This document shows, piece after piece, positions 11,257 through 21,035 of a stretch of DNA of 22,414 bases. Each line of letters starts with the position of its first letter. The stretch's first letter is position 1. A program made the translations under genes and the position numbers. The stretch is taken from assembly GCA_021432655.1 (NCBI GenBank), contig MU271354.1, forward strand, positions 62,001 to 84,414. The letters are read 5' to 3'. The DNA comes from Atractiella rhizophila (Eukaryota). Under the pieces are notes generated by a model that saw nothing but the letters and a program-made list of their open reading frames with translations, was not told the DNA's origin and did not search any database.

Positions 11257-12967
11257 CCTTTTTGATAGTTGGTGGTTGATTTTGTCGAGCTTCACTTATG
11301 ACTCACAACCTCAAACGACGAACAGTCCAGACAGTTTCTGTTCTGTAGGCCTTACCCCGCTGTAGCAGACTATCGAAATGTCCAACAAAGTAGTGGTGAG
11401 CACTTTATATACCTCCCAGAGCAGGTTTGAGAGGAAGCACAGCCGTCCGTTTACAGGTCGATCATTGACCAGGTTATGGCCAACTGTCGCAACGATTTCG
11501 ACGAAATGGGCATTGAAGATGCGGTACGAGGAGAACTACAGCGCGTGCGTTATTCTTCTGATACTTGGTTTCGCAATTGCTTACAAGGTATCAAGTCGTG
11601 GGAGAGCAAAGTGGCAAATTCCCGAACGGCTGACTATTCTTCCGAAGAACGCTTCCAGCAATGGACTTCTCCTTCCTCCTCAGCGTTGGAAACCACTTCA
11701 GGTTTTGGTGTTGGAAATGGTGGTCCTCTGAAAGACGAGTACGCTCTTCTTCTTCAGTTTACGCGGAGCTAAGGTAGCGAAGATCTGAGGACAGCAAGGA
11801 TGGGATATTGCCTCAACCTGCCAGCTCCCAAGGGAATGGCAAATTGAATGGAACGCCACTGAGGGATCCAAAGAAGAACCTGGACGATGAGGAGATCGGC
11901 AGTGACCTGGATGAGCCTGATGATGATGAGATTGAAGACAACGACGGGTATGTGGGAGACATGGCGATTGCTCTTTATGACAAGGTGAGTCTTGTCTTAG
12001 ATGGTGCGTGAAAACTTTATTGACCAATCTCTAGGTACAAAGAGTGAAGAACAAATGGAAGATCACGTTGAAGGATGGAGTCGTCAATGTGAAGGGGAAA
12101 GATTATATATTTTCAAAATGCAGCGGGTTTGTCTTTCTTCCAATTCGATGCTCTCAGCTGAAATTCTTACGTGATCTAGCGAGTTTGAATGGTAGCCTTC
12201 CCGGTGTTTGGAATCGTTTCTTGTGTGCCATATTTTCAGTATCTCTGACTGTTTGTCGCTATCATCTCATCTGTACTCTTACGCTCACAAGGTGTGTCAG
12301 TCATCAGGCATCAGTTCGTCCACAATGACCTCTCCTTGTCCACTTTTACATCTATTGTTTTGGTTGATTTGGAGGAAAATTAAACGCATTAGTTGGTTAC
12401 GGCACCCAAGGCTGTGCATTGGAGGTAACGGTCACGCGTCTTGTTCAAGTGTATTGTTTTATTGCTTCCCAAGGGCGAGAAAATGTCGCGTGAAGATACG
12501 CTCGATGTCACTTGCACGGAGTACAGCATAGTGTCCGAATGCGTTTCGAAATTACCCCTTCACACTCCTTGTCATCAATGGACAGGGACATTTTTGTTAG
12601 GATTGCTTGCTGGCGTCCAATAACTTCTGTCTTAATGATCAGGGTGGGCTCAAAGGAGAGGTTGTTTTGCTCTGCCTTGCCCAGGTGCACCTCGTTAACC
12701 ACAACTTTGAAGCCAATGTCGCGATGGTGCTGGTGTTCCACATGTTACATTCCAGTCCAGTCGATCAGATTATAGATACGTGGAAAGCATGGTCTGTCCA
12801 TTGCACATTTATTATTATTACAGTAAGAGACGCACAGCCATCAAAAAAAAGAAAACCGGGAAGGTACTCGACAGTCCCCCAACTTGACATCTATCATTTC
12901 ATTTTGACGTATTTGCGTCCTTCTTTGGGGTGTTCCAACTGGGTTTCACATCAGCAGTAGCTAAGAT
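10717..12967. repeat. Tandem segmental duplication, unit 2 (2251 bp)
   Basis: See unit 1; the two units are separated by a single A at 10716. Confidence 0.95.
11378..12195 (+). CDS. TOA1: TFIIA large subunit, copy 2 (protein identical to copy 1)
   Basis: Same six-exon structure. I see only two synonymous coding differences; the rest are intronic. Confidence 0.92.
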
Positions 12968-14410
12968 TAACTACTTTCACACACCTAAGATAGCGCAAGT
13001 CGCCAAGTTTTCTCGGTTTGATGATGTGCCGGAGAGTGAGAGCGAGTCCTAGCAAGAAGCAAACTCCACCAACGACTATGTAGACGATACCAAGGAACGG
13101 GTTTTTGCCTCCTATAAAACTGACAGTGCTGAAAACCAGTTGCTTTGAACCTTTAAACTGCCTGACGGGATAATCTAACCTCAAAGTCAGTTCAGGTTTT
13201 TCAAGTCTGCCAAAAGAGCGCACTCATGGTGATTTGGATCTGGTATCGTCCAGGAGCCATGTCTTCATTTTCATTTTTAAAGTAAAGCTTTCTGAAAGTC
13301 GGCAATCCCGCCGTCCTCATCCAAACCTGAAAATGCTCATCTTGGCTCAAGTCTGGTAAGCTAGTCGCAGAGCTCCCAGGTTCTCCCTCAGTATACCTTC
13401 CATTCGGGTACCTCGATTGCCAAAATGGTGGAGGAACAACTTGGTCGAAAGCATATTTGGTCTTCCCATATTTCTTCTTCTCTCCAGGCCAAGCAATCCC
13501 TTGATCCGTCATGTTGTATGTCTGGTTTTGACCAGTCGAACCAGCAGGATTGAGAAGCACGGGTGGGAGGAAGGTGTCGTTAAAGAACGAATTCGCAATT
13601 AAGCCGCAAGGATAGATAGGAAGGCCATCTTGGCTCGCCAATGGATCGCAAGCGCCTTTGTTCAGCGTTCCTGCCGATCGAGCGCTCCCTTTCAGCTGAT
13701 CTGTGTCCAGGGACTGCACATAGCTGTATAACCTCAGCACCAGAAATTCAAACTATTGTGATTCAGACTCACCGACGATGGTTTTGATAGTAACGTGTTA
13801 GCTTGTAATACATAAAAACGTTTTTTTCCAATTTTTTGGGGACCTCGAACTCTAAAAGGCAGATTGGCTGTTCCCACATGAGCATCACAGGTTGTGGTTC
13901 AGTAAGTGACCCCTCACCCCAGCGCTGCCGTTTGTGAACGAATATGTTGGCTTGGCAATGTTGCCAGTTGAGGCACTCCCTGAGCTCAAGCTATAATCGA
14001 ACTTGTCATCCGGGAGTGGAACGGGAGTTTCCGTCTGGAGGTCGCAGTCGGTGTAGTTAAGGGTAAACTCATTGACCTATCCCCCAAGCTCAGGCTAAAC
14101 CTGAGTTCATCTCGAAGAGCCTACCTTGTTCGAACCGTAGAGGAGGAGCCCACCGATAGGGCCGAAAATAATTCCGATGAGAAAGAAAGCAGGAAGAACG
14201 GTACGAGGAGTCAGGATAGGTTGCCACGCCTTTAGGCGCTGTTGTTTGAAGGCAGTGTCTGTGATTTGCCAGTTCAGGAGTCGCCATTATCTAAAGAAAT
14301 AGAATAAACTCACTTGCTGGCCGTCTCGAAGCCTTCTTCTTCTCTCCTGCATTGGAGATAGAATCGTCTTTCTCTTTCGTCGGGGATGACTTTCGATTGA
14401 ATAATCCCAT
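12899..14410 (-). CDS. CDC50: CDC50/LEM3-family flippase beta subunit (~404 aa)
   Basis: Exons 14410-14314, 14258-14125, 14076-13918, 13867-13773, 13723-13224, 13174-12985 and 12938-12899. Motifs [77 protein letters not shown] and [13 protein letters not shown]. Confidence 0.95.
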
Positions 14411-14853
14411 CCTCCTTCAGAATAACTCTAAGCGCAAGTGCCAAAGCGTTGTAGTCTTTCCAGATGGACCGGCGGCTGGTTTCCGAGACAATATGCGAGA
14501 AGAAGAGGGACCAGCAGCAGGTCGAAGAGTAGGAGGTCGAAGTTCGCTTCGCAGTTCGGTGGTGGTCAGACCGAGGAGGAGAGAGAATAGGGTTTTGGAT
14601 AAGTGTAGTCACATTGTAGTCCAGTCTTTGAAATTTCACAATTGGTTCTCGCACACTGCCAACTGGCTACACAGAATAAATGATTATGCCTTGCTCATCG
14701 AACTCTTTGGTGTGGTTATGTGTGATTGTTGATAGACTGTTTTTGATTTGGTAATTCACCGTCGGTCTCCAACTCCAATCAGAAGAACATGGACAGAAAC
14801 GCAATTAAAGAACGATAGTATGGCGAAGAGCTCCATTCCTGCCTTGAGATTCC

Positions 14854-15756
14854 TTATTCTCGCACAGGCTTCCCATATCGACCGGATACCGACTGGCACA
14901 TTTTGAGTGAAGAATGGTCAGCCAAAATAGAGAGATATTTACAAAGGTTCTCGAATCTGGATCCCACTTTACAGAGACGTCCCCTTCACCGCTTCTCTTT
15001 CAGCATAGATTCACACAGGAGAGGAAAGAGCGAGTTATGAGGGGAGATTTACCTGAGGTGATTCGTAAGACATCATATCTAACTTTTCCTTGGCATTCTT
15101 GGTCCAGGACCTTACTTTCGAAGCGGTGAGTATCGATTTTCAAGGTCTTCTTGTTCCAGCTGCCCAGGCCCGTCAGCGAGATGGACGACAAGCGAACCCA
15201 GAGAACAACGAACTCTTTTGAGAGGTGGAAGAAAGATAAGAAGACGTCCTTATGTGTGACACAATTTTCATATGAGACTGCTAGACGCTAGGTATGTGGT
15301 CCGCAAGTTAATCAACAGACTTACATTTTGCATTTCCTTGCTTCGCGCTTGCAACCCACTTGAACTACAGATGAGATTTCTTCTTCGAAAAAGGAGGTGA
15401 CCCACCTTCATTTGCTTCTCGATTCCACGCCTAACCGTGGCTCTCAGGCGGTCCGCCTCCTTCTCAATGAGGACTTCTGGTATGGCTGGCATCATGGGTC
15501 CCGAACTCCCGCCTTCACCCTTAAAGGCGACTTGGAGCATTTGTACCATAGACACAAGCCTCTCTTTCTTTTGTTTCTGAAGCGCCGATATTGACATCGC
15601 AAGGACCTCTTCCAGAGTAGGAGGCTGGATTTCGTCGTTGTTGATTGATCTGCGCGGCCGTTTAGCTGAAACTTGTTCTTCATTGTCGTCACTGTCGTCT
15701 GGGAGCTGGCGCTTCGAAGAACCCTCAGACAACTCAGTTGCCATGTTGGCGTCCAT
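14854..15756 (-). CDS. Hypothetical protein (~211 aa) with a compact, globular-looking C-terminal half
   Basis: Exons 15756-15406, 15358-15325, 15277-15214, 15159-15053, 14983-14943 and 14892-14854 splice in frame: GIEKQMKWVASAKQGNAKFSYE...GKVRYDVLRITSGDVSVKWDPDSRTFSVSGRYGKPVRE*. The exon 5 acceptor is less certain. Confidence 0.72.
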
Positions 15757-16128
15757 TTTCCGAAGTATCCAGAGATTATTCTGTAAACCGCGTGGATGTT
15801 ATTAGAGGGTATTGGGGGTTTGGAAGAACAGGTGTGTTGACGCCTTCCACATTGTTGTTTCACAAGGACGACAATGATCCGCGAGACACGGATCCTGCCA
15901 TCAGTGTTTGGCAAGTCACCTTACGTGATTCAAAGGTAGACCATGAAGGTTATGGACCGTGGCTCGAGCCATCGGGAAGATGGATTCAATAAATGAAGTC
16001 ATGCAACCCATGTATCATCTCCAGCAATTGAGATTATGATAAAGGCTACTCACTTGTGGAAATGCCTTGTACCCGTTCCTATTCCCTTCAACTCACTGTC
16101 GTCGCGGTCGTGTTGGGTTCTGATGCAT

Positions 16129-16156
16129 TCACGTGATTGAAACATTGGTCACGTGA
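16129..16156. promoter_or_regulatory. Pair of TCACGTGA E-box palindromes (16129-16136, 16149-16156)
   Basis: Two perfect 8-bp palindromes 20 nt apart, about 380 bp upstream of the 15756 ATG. They match the Cbf1/USF-type bHLH consensus; function untested. Confidence 0.4.
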
Positions 16157-16389
16157 GCACCGATTGTCTTCCTCAAGTTCGTTAAGAAATCTTTAGAGGG
16201 TTAACGCGGAACTGAGATACAAAGGTTTGCGAATGTGGCCATGGGTCCATTAACATCCAACACAAACCGAGGGGGACCAGGGTGAACGTCTCAGCATGAA
16301 GCGACATCAGGTTTTTTTGGTGAAACAGTATGACATTTAGTGCGACAGAACACAGAGAGTAAAGGTTCAAACATTTAAATCTTGGAAGC

Positions 16390-19300
16390 TCAGAATCTCC
16401 CTGTTAAAATAATCAATCCAGAACTCGGAACGGAAAGGAAGAACCCACAATCTGCTTCTACGTCACTCCAAGGAAACTTTTCTCTAATGGTCTTGCTGAA
16501 CAACTTGGAAACCGGCACATCGTGCTCTAAGACATGATCAGCTCAGTGAAACGGACATCGCCATGCCTCACTTTTACACCAAGCGAAAGTTATACGAGGA
16601 TCGAGGTAGTTCAGCCTAGAGGTTGTCAGACTCAAAGTCTTACCCTCCTCTCGATCCAAGACTTGAACGCGTTGCGCTCCGATTCTGTCATCCATCTTCT
16701 TGATAGCCTCAATAATTTTCTCTTCCGTCTGACCCCTTTTCGGCTCCACAATACCAGTTTTGCGCTCCTCCAAGAGTTTGTCCTCTTCTTCTTTCAATTC
16801 CGCCAAGCGTTCGTCCAAAACCGCAGGTTTCTGAACTTCCTCACCGTCGGCTTCGAGCTTCTCATTCTCCTTCTCAAACTTTTTAACGGCCTTCTCGCGA
16901 GCTTTTTCCACCAAAGACTCTTCATGCTGGACTATCCACTCGTCGTCGATGTCGCTCTCCTCCTCTGTGTACTTCGCATACGCCTTCTTCTTCTTGAGTG
17001 TGGGATCGAGTGTGAAGAGTGACTGGCGTAACTTCTTCCTTTGGTACTTGAGCGCTCGTACCTTCATCCATCTGGTGAGGCAAGTCGATACACCTGGAAG
17101 ACGAAAAATACTTTGTCTTTGAGCCTCTCAACAGCGGCACCATGATTTTTCCCCACATCTCTTTGATGATTGCACAATTCGGCAACAATGCGATTGGATC
17201 GATTGTAGTGAAGGACCTTGTCAGCCATCGAAAGGCCCTCCTCCATTTTGTCAAGCTCGGATTGAAATGTCATGGAGGCGTTGAACGTCCTAAAAACCTT
17301 TGCAGTGAGACCTTCCATAAGACCGTTAAGGTGCTTGTTCAGCATAGATGTCTATGACAGCATCAGTCTCGCAACAACCAGGAAGATTGATAAAATTGCT
17401 TACGGATATTCGATCAAAAAGGGAGTCACTTGCTTCCTTATTCTTCTTGAACAGTTTGAGATTCTTGAAAACTAAATCGGAAACATTGAGGTCTTTCTGG
17501 AATCTGACAGAATCTTTTCCAAGAAAGTCTAGGTGGACGTTGTTAGGAGGTGACAAAGTGACGTGCTCGAAGCGGAGGGAGCAACAACCGACAGTGTCGG
17601 CTTCTTCTCCTAGATCTTTCTCATTACCAGCTCGAAGAGCAAAATTGTCGATCAGATATATGGCTGTCGCCCGTTGCCTTTCCAGCATCACCTTCGACTT
17701 AAGATCGGCGGTATAATCACGCCTAATTTTATCGATATGATCCTAAAGCGAACAATGATCAGAACTTATCAGGAAAAGCGTTAGGTGAGATGAATAAACC
17801 TTCAAGGCCCGGGCTTTGTCAAACTTTTTCTTGTCAGCTTGGCCTTTGAAGGCAGAACCAGCCGCAAGGAAGACATATTTGACGCTATTGTTGACATTTT
17901 CGTTCCATGTTGCAAGCCAAGTGACGTTATCATCGTGTTTCACCTCCTTCCATTGGTGTCCCTCTGGTGGCTCTGGGATCTTGGCATCTTTGCCGATGTT
18001 GATAGTGATTTGTTCTGGTTGAACACGGCGCTAAAGGACACTTGTTAGTCCGTTCAAGTCATCAAGCCCTAAATGTTACTGACTTTCAGCCTTCCAGTCT
18101 TAGGATGATCCCCACGACCTCTGAATAAGCCAGGAGGTTCCACCCTGAAATTGCCGACCTTTTCTTTCCTCCCATCAACCAGACAGAACTTGTAGGTCTT
18201 TTCGAACTCGTCTTTCTCTTCTTTGGCTTTTTTCTTTTCATCCTTGGTCCGATTTCTCTTAGCTTCTTTCTGTACCGTAGCCCAATCATATATCGGACCG
18301 AAGTCGCACTTCGAGAAGTCTGTTATCTTCACCTTCCCAGCCTGATCGGAAATAAACATGAGGCCTGCAGCATCAACTAAATACGCACAGGAGGATACTT
18401 CTTTAGAACATCTTGGAAATCAGAGAAGAAATTCTTAGCGAAGGTCTCTTTCTGGACGTGATCTGTATCCAACATTTCGGCGAAGAACGTTGCGACCTCC
18501 TCAGCTTCGGGTGCCAGAGTAACTGGTTTACCATCGTATTTCATCTTGATACCATGAGGCTGGTAAGGCGGAGGAAAGAGGACTCCGTTATGTTCCAAGG
18601 TGGTCCACTTCTTCGTCCCATCGGTCTCAGCCTCCCACCATTTATACACCTCTTCTTCTTCTTCTTTCACCACATCCTCACCTTCTTCCTTCTTGCCTTT
18701 CTTCTTCGCAGAAGCCGAAGCCCTCCCGTTTGTTTTCGCTTTCGAAGATCTGATATCTGCCATATCCACATCCTCCTCCTCTTTCGGCACCTCTCGAGCT
18801 TTCGCCGTGGCTGTCTTTCGCTTCGCTGGCGGCTTCGACGAAGTTTTAACTTCTCTCTCGTGGGATTTAGCATTTCTCTTGACTAAAGGCTCATCGTCGC
18901 TGTCTTCGTCCTTTACCCTAGCCCTTTTGGATGGAAGTCGAGAGGGCTTGGGCTTTTCCGCCACAGCCAGCTTCTTGGAAGTCGTCACAGCGAGGGGAGC
19001 TCCATCATCTTCGGCCGCAGACAGGGAAGACGTTCGAGAGCGCGCACGTTTGGTGGCAGAGTCTCCAATCTGACTGGTAGCTAGTCTAGCTCCGGAATTG
19101 AGGGCAGGAAGAGACTTCTCATCTTCCTGACTGGATTCGGATCTAGAAGTAGAGGCAATCCGAGCAATAATCGGCTGGACTTCCGTCTGTTGCGGAGCAG
19201 TCTTGGTAGGCGATTCAAGCTTGACTCGTTTAGCCTAAGCACCACCGTCGGTAGGTGTCGGTGTCAGCACATTGCAGGACCATCGAGGTATCAAAGCAAT

Positions 19301-19417
19301 GGTTCCACGATTCACTTCAATATCTAACTGAAAACGTACCAAAGGTTTGTCGTCCTCAGATTCCTCGTCGGACGAAGGAGCAATGACCCTTTTCTTATAC
19401 GACTGGTTAACGCTCAT
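16390..19417 (-). CDS. TOP1: DNA topoisomerase I (type IB)
   Basis: [77 protein letters not shown] and the catalytic [10 protein letters not shown] (Tyr codon 16606-16608). About 8 introns; ends [14 protein letters not shown] (TGA 16390-16392). Confidence 0.96.
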
Positions 19418-19582
19418 CCTAAACTTCTCGAGGTCGAAACAATCCAGGTATTTGCCACCAATCGAGAGCTGCTTTGTTTCACTTTGGGATTCCGTTATTC
19501 GCAGCGAGCCCCTTAGGCCTCAAACTTGCATTGTAACCTGCTCCCGAACCTTCTCCCACAATCAACACCAACAACAGTTCGA

Positions 19583-19877
19583 ATGCCTACTCCATTTCCC
19601 CCTTCAGATCCCGTAGGCCGTTCATTTGCAAAGTATCCCTCAAGCGTATTTCGCTGACCTCCAAATTGCAGTGGGCAAGGGCAAATGCATGGCGGAAGCA
19701 CCCTGTTTTCAATCGCAGAGCTATGTTCGTCTTCATCCTTCTTCGTCCCAGAAATTTCATCGTCTCAATAGGATGAGCCAAGTATTCCCTGGGTTTGGTC
19801 TCGGACTCGGCGCCTTTGCCATTTACGTTGCGTACGATACGCTGCGTCCACGAACGGGAAAGGTGGAGCATCATTAA
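19583..19877 (+). CDS. NDUFB3: NADH:ubiquinone oxidoreductase B12 subunit (62 aa)
   Basis: Exons 19583-19612, 19672-19724 and 19772-19877 give DPWARANAWRKHPVF...FPGFGLGLGAFAIYVAYD...EHH*, the typical B12 pattern. Confidence 0.9.
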
Positions 19878-19977
19878 AATGAACCGCATCAAATTGCATG
19901 AGATGGTACAACACATGTTACAGACATTCCTTGGTCTTCTTTCCTGCAAGAAGATCGTAATGCCCCACTCTCTCCTC

Positions 19978-20500
19978 CTATTTGACAAGGGGTCGGACGC
20001 CGCTACCTAAACATGACGAGCGTCAGCTGTACACACTCAATCAATATGAAAGCCCACCTTCGTCTCGCAGAGTACGTTCGCTCATCTTTTTCACCTCCTT
20101 AAGATACGCATTCTCTGGCTCCCCTACCTTGAACTTCTTCGATTCTGATTCTTCCATGGATTGCAACTTCCGTTTCCCTCGAAATTTCTGTACACAATAC
20201 TGGAGTAAGCAACGCCTGGAAGTAACGAACAGAACCCACAATCCTATTGTCAATGGCCTTTTTCCTAATCGACAAAACTTCGCTCAGTTATGGTCAACCC
20301 ACATAAAGTGAGAAAGGAACACACCGCGCCAGGGCGTCATCTTGTTGCTTTTTTTCCACTTGCTCTTCTCTCAGTTTCTTGAATCTTTCCAGAAAGGAGC
20401 CATCATCCGTAAACACATTCATCGCTTTCGCCTACGACCCTTTCAGCTTTCAAAATTACTGTCGCGTTGGACTTGCCTGGACTGCTTTCGCTTGAGACAT
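19978..20500 (-). CDS. TRIR: TRIR/C19orf43-like small protein (~104 aa)
   Basis: Exons 20500-20477, 20431-20325, 20264-20240, 20187-20058 and 20006-19978 give NVFTDDGSFLERFKKLREE...RGKRK...AYLKEVKKM...GVRPLVK*. This matches, from memory, the NxFxxDGSF and terminal RPLVK motifs of human TRIR. The start could instead be the ATG at 20422. Confidence 0.75.
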
Positions 20501-21035
20501 GTCTGTTGGACGATGGGAGTGACCTCTCTTCTTGCGTACAAGATATGGCAATCCACTAAACAGACTATGCACGGGAGCAGGAATAATGAACGATTAGCGC
20601 TTAGCCTATGCTGATATGGTAATGAAAACTGAACGTTGGTTGGGCATTGAGCTTTGAGTGTTGCTGGTTGGACGTTGGACCCCCAAGCTGCAATCCCCCT
20701 AAGATCAAGATCACTCCACTACTTCTGTCAATCATCTCATCAGAGTCAGCATCTGGGTCACGTACGGAACATTATTGCTTGCGATAGCGTATACTCTGTA
20801 AGGAACTAGTCGCAAGTCTCCTCTCCAAATCTGCCTGATATCTATCGCGAGAGAGGGTAAGTCATGCATCTATGCTGTGTTCATTCATGGGTTTTCAGCT
20901 GACATGTCTGTATGTTGCTCATCATCACCGCGTCACCTCAGTCAACTTCGTTCTTAGACAGTAGTCCCCTTGTTAACCATTTGACGGCATCCCCACTACC
21001 TACTGCTTGAAAGCTGCACTTATTGCTTCTTGGCG

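Noticed and set aside
8471..12967. RIP-like mutation of the duplication
   Set aside because: About a third of the differences are transversions, coding changes are mostly synonymous, and there are no nonsense changes.
8471..12967. Transposon or LTR origin of the direct repeat
   Set aside because: The units contain only host genes and abut directly. I see no terminal inverted repeats, target-site duplication, transposase or RT sequence.
14310..14732. ORFs on both strands upstream of and overlapping the CDC50 start
   Set aside because: No recognisable motifs; the CDC50 frame from ATG 14410 explains the coding signal.
16534..19073. Plus-strand ORFs of 120-160 aa overlapping TOP1
   Set aside because: They are antisense to K/E-rich exons, with F/L/S-rich shadow composition and no motifs.
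19235..19339. Unusually long (105 nt) first intron of TOP1 as a snoRNA or micro-exon host
   Set aside because: I could not see convincing C/D or H/ACA boxes or internal splice sites.
16390..19417. Camptothecin-resistant TOP1 variant
   Set aside because: The motifs I can check (GRGDHPK, FLGKDS, and the Asn before the catalytic Tyr) look canonical.
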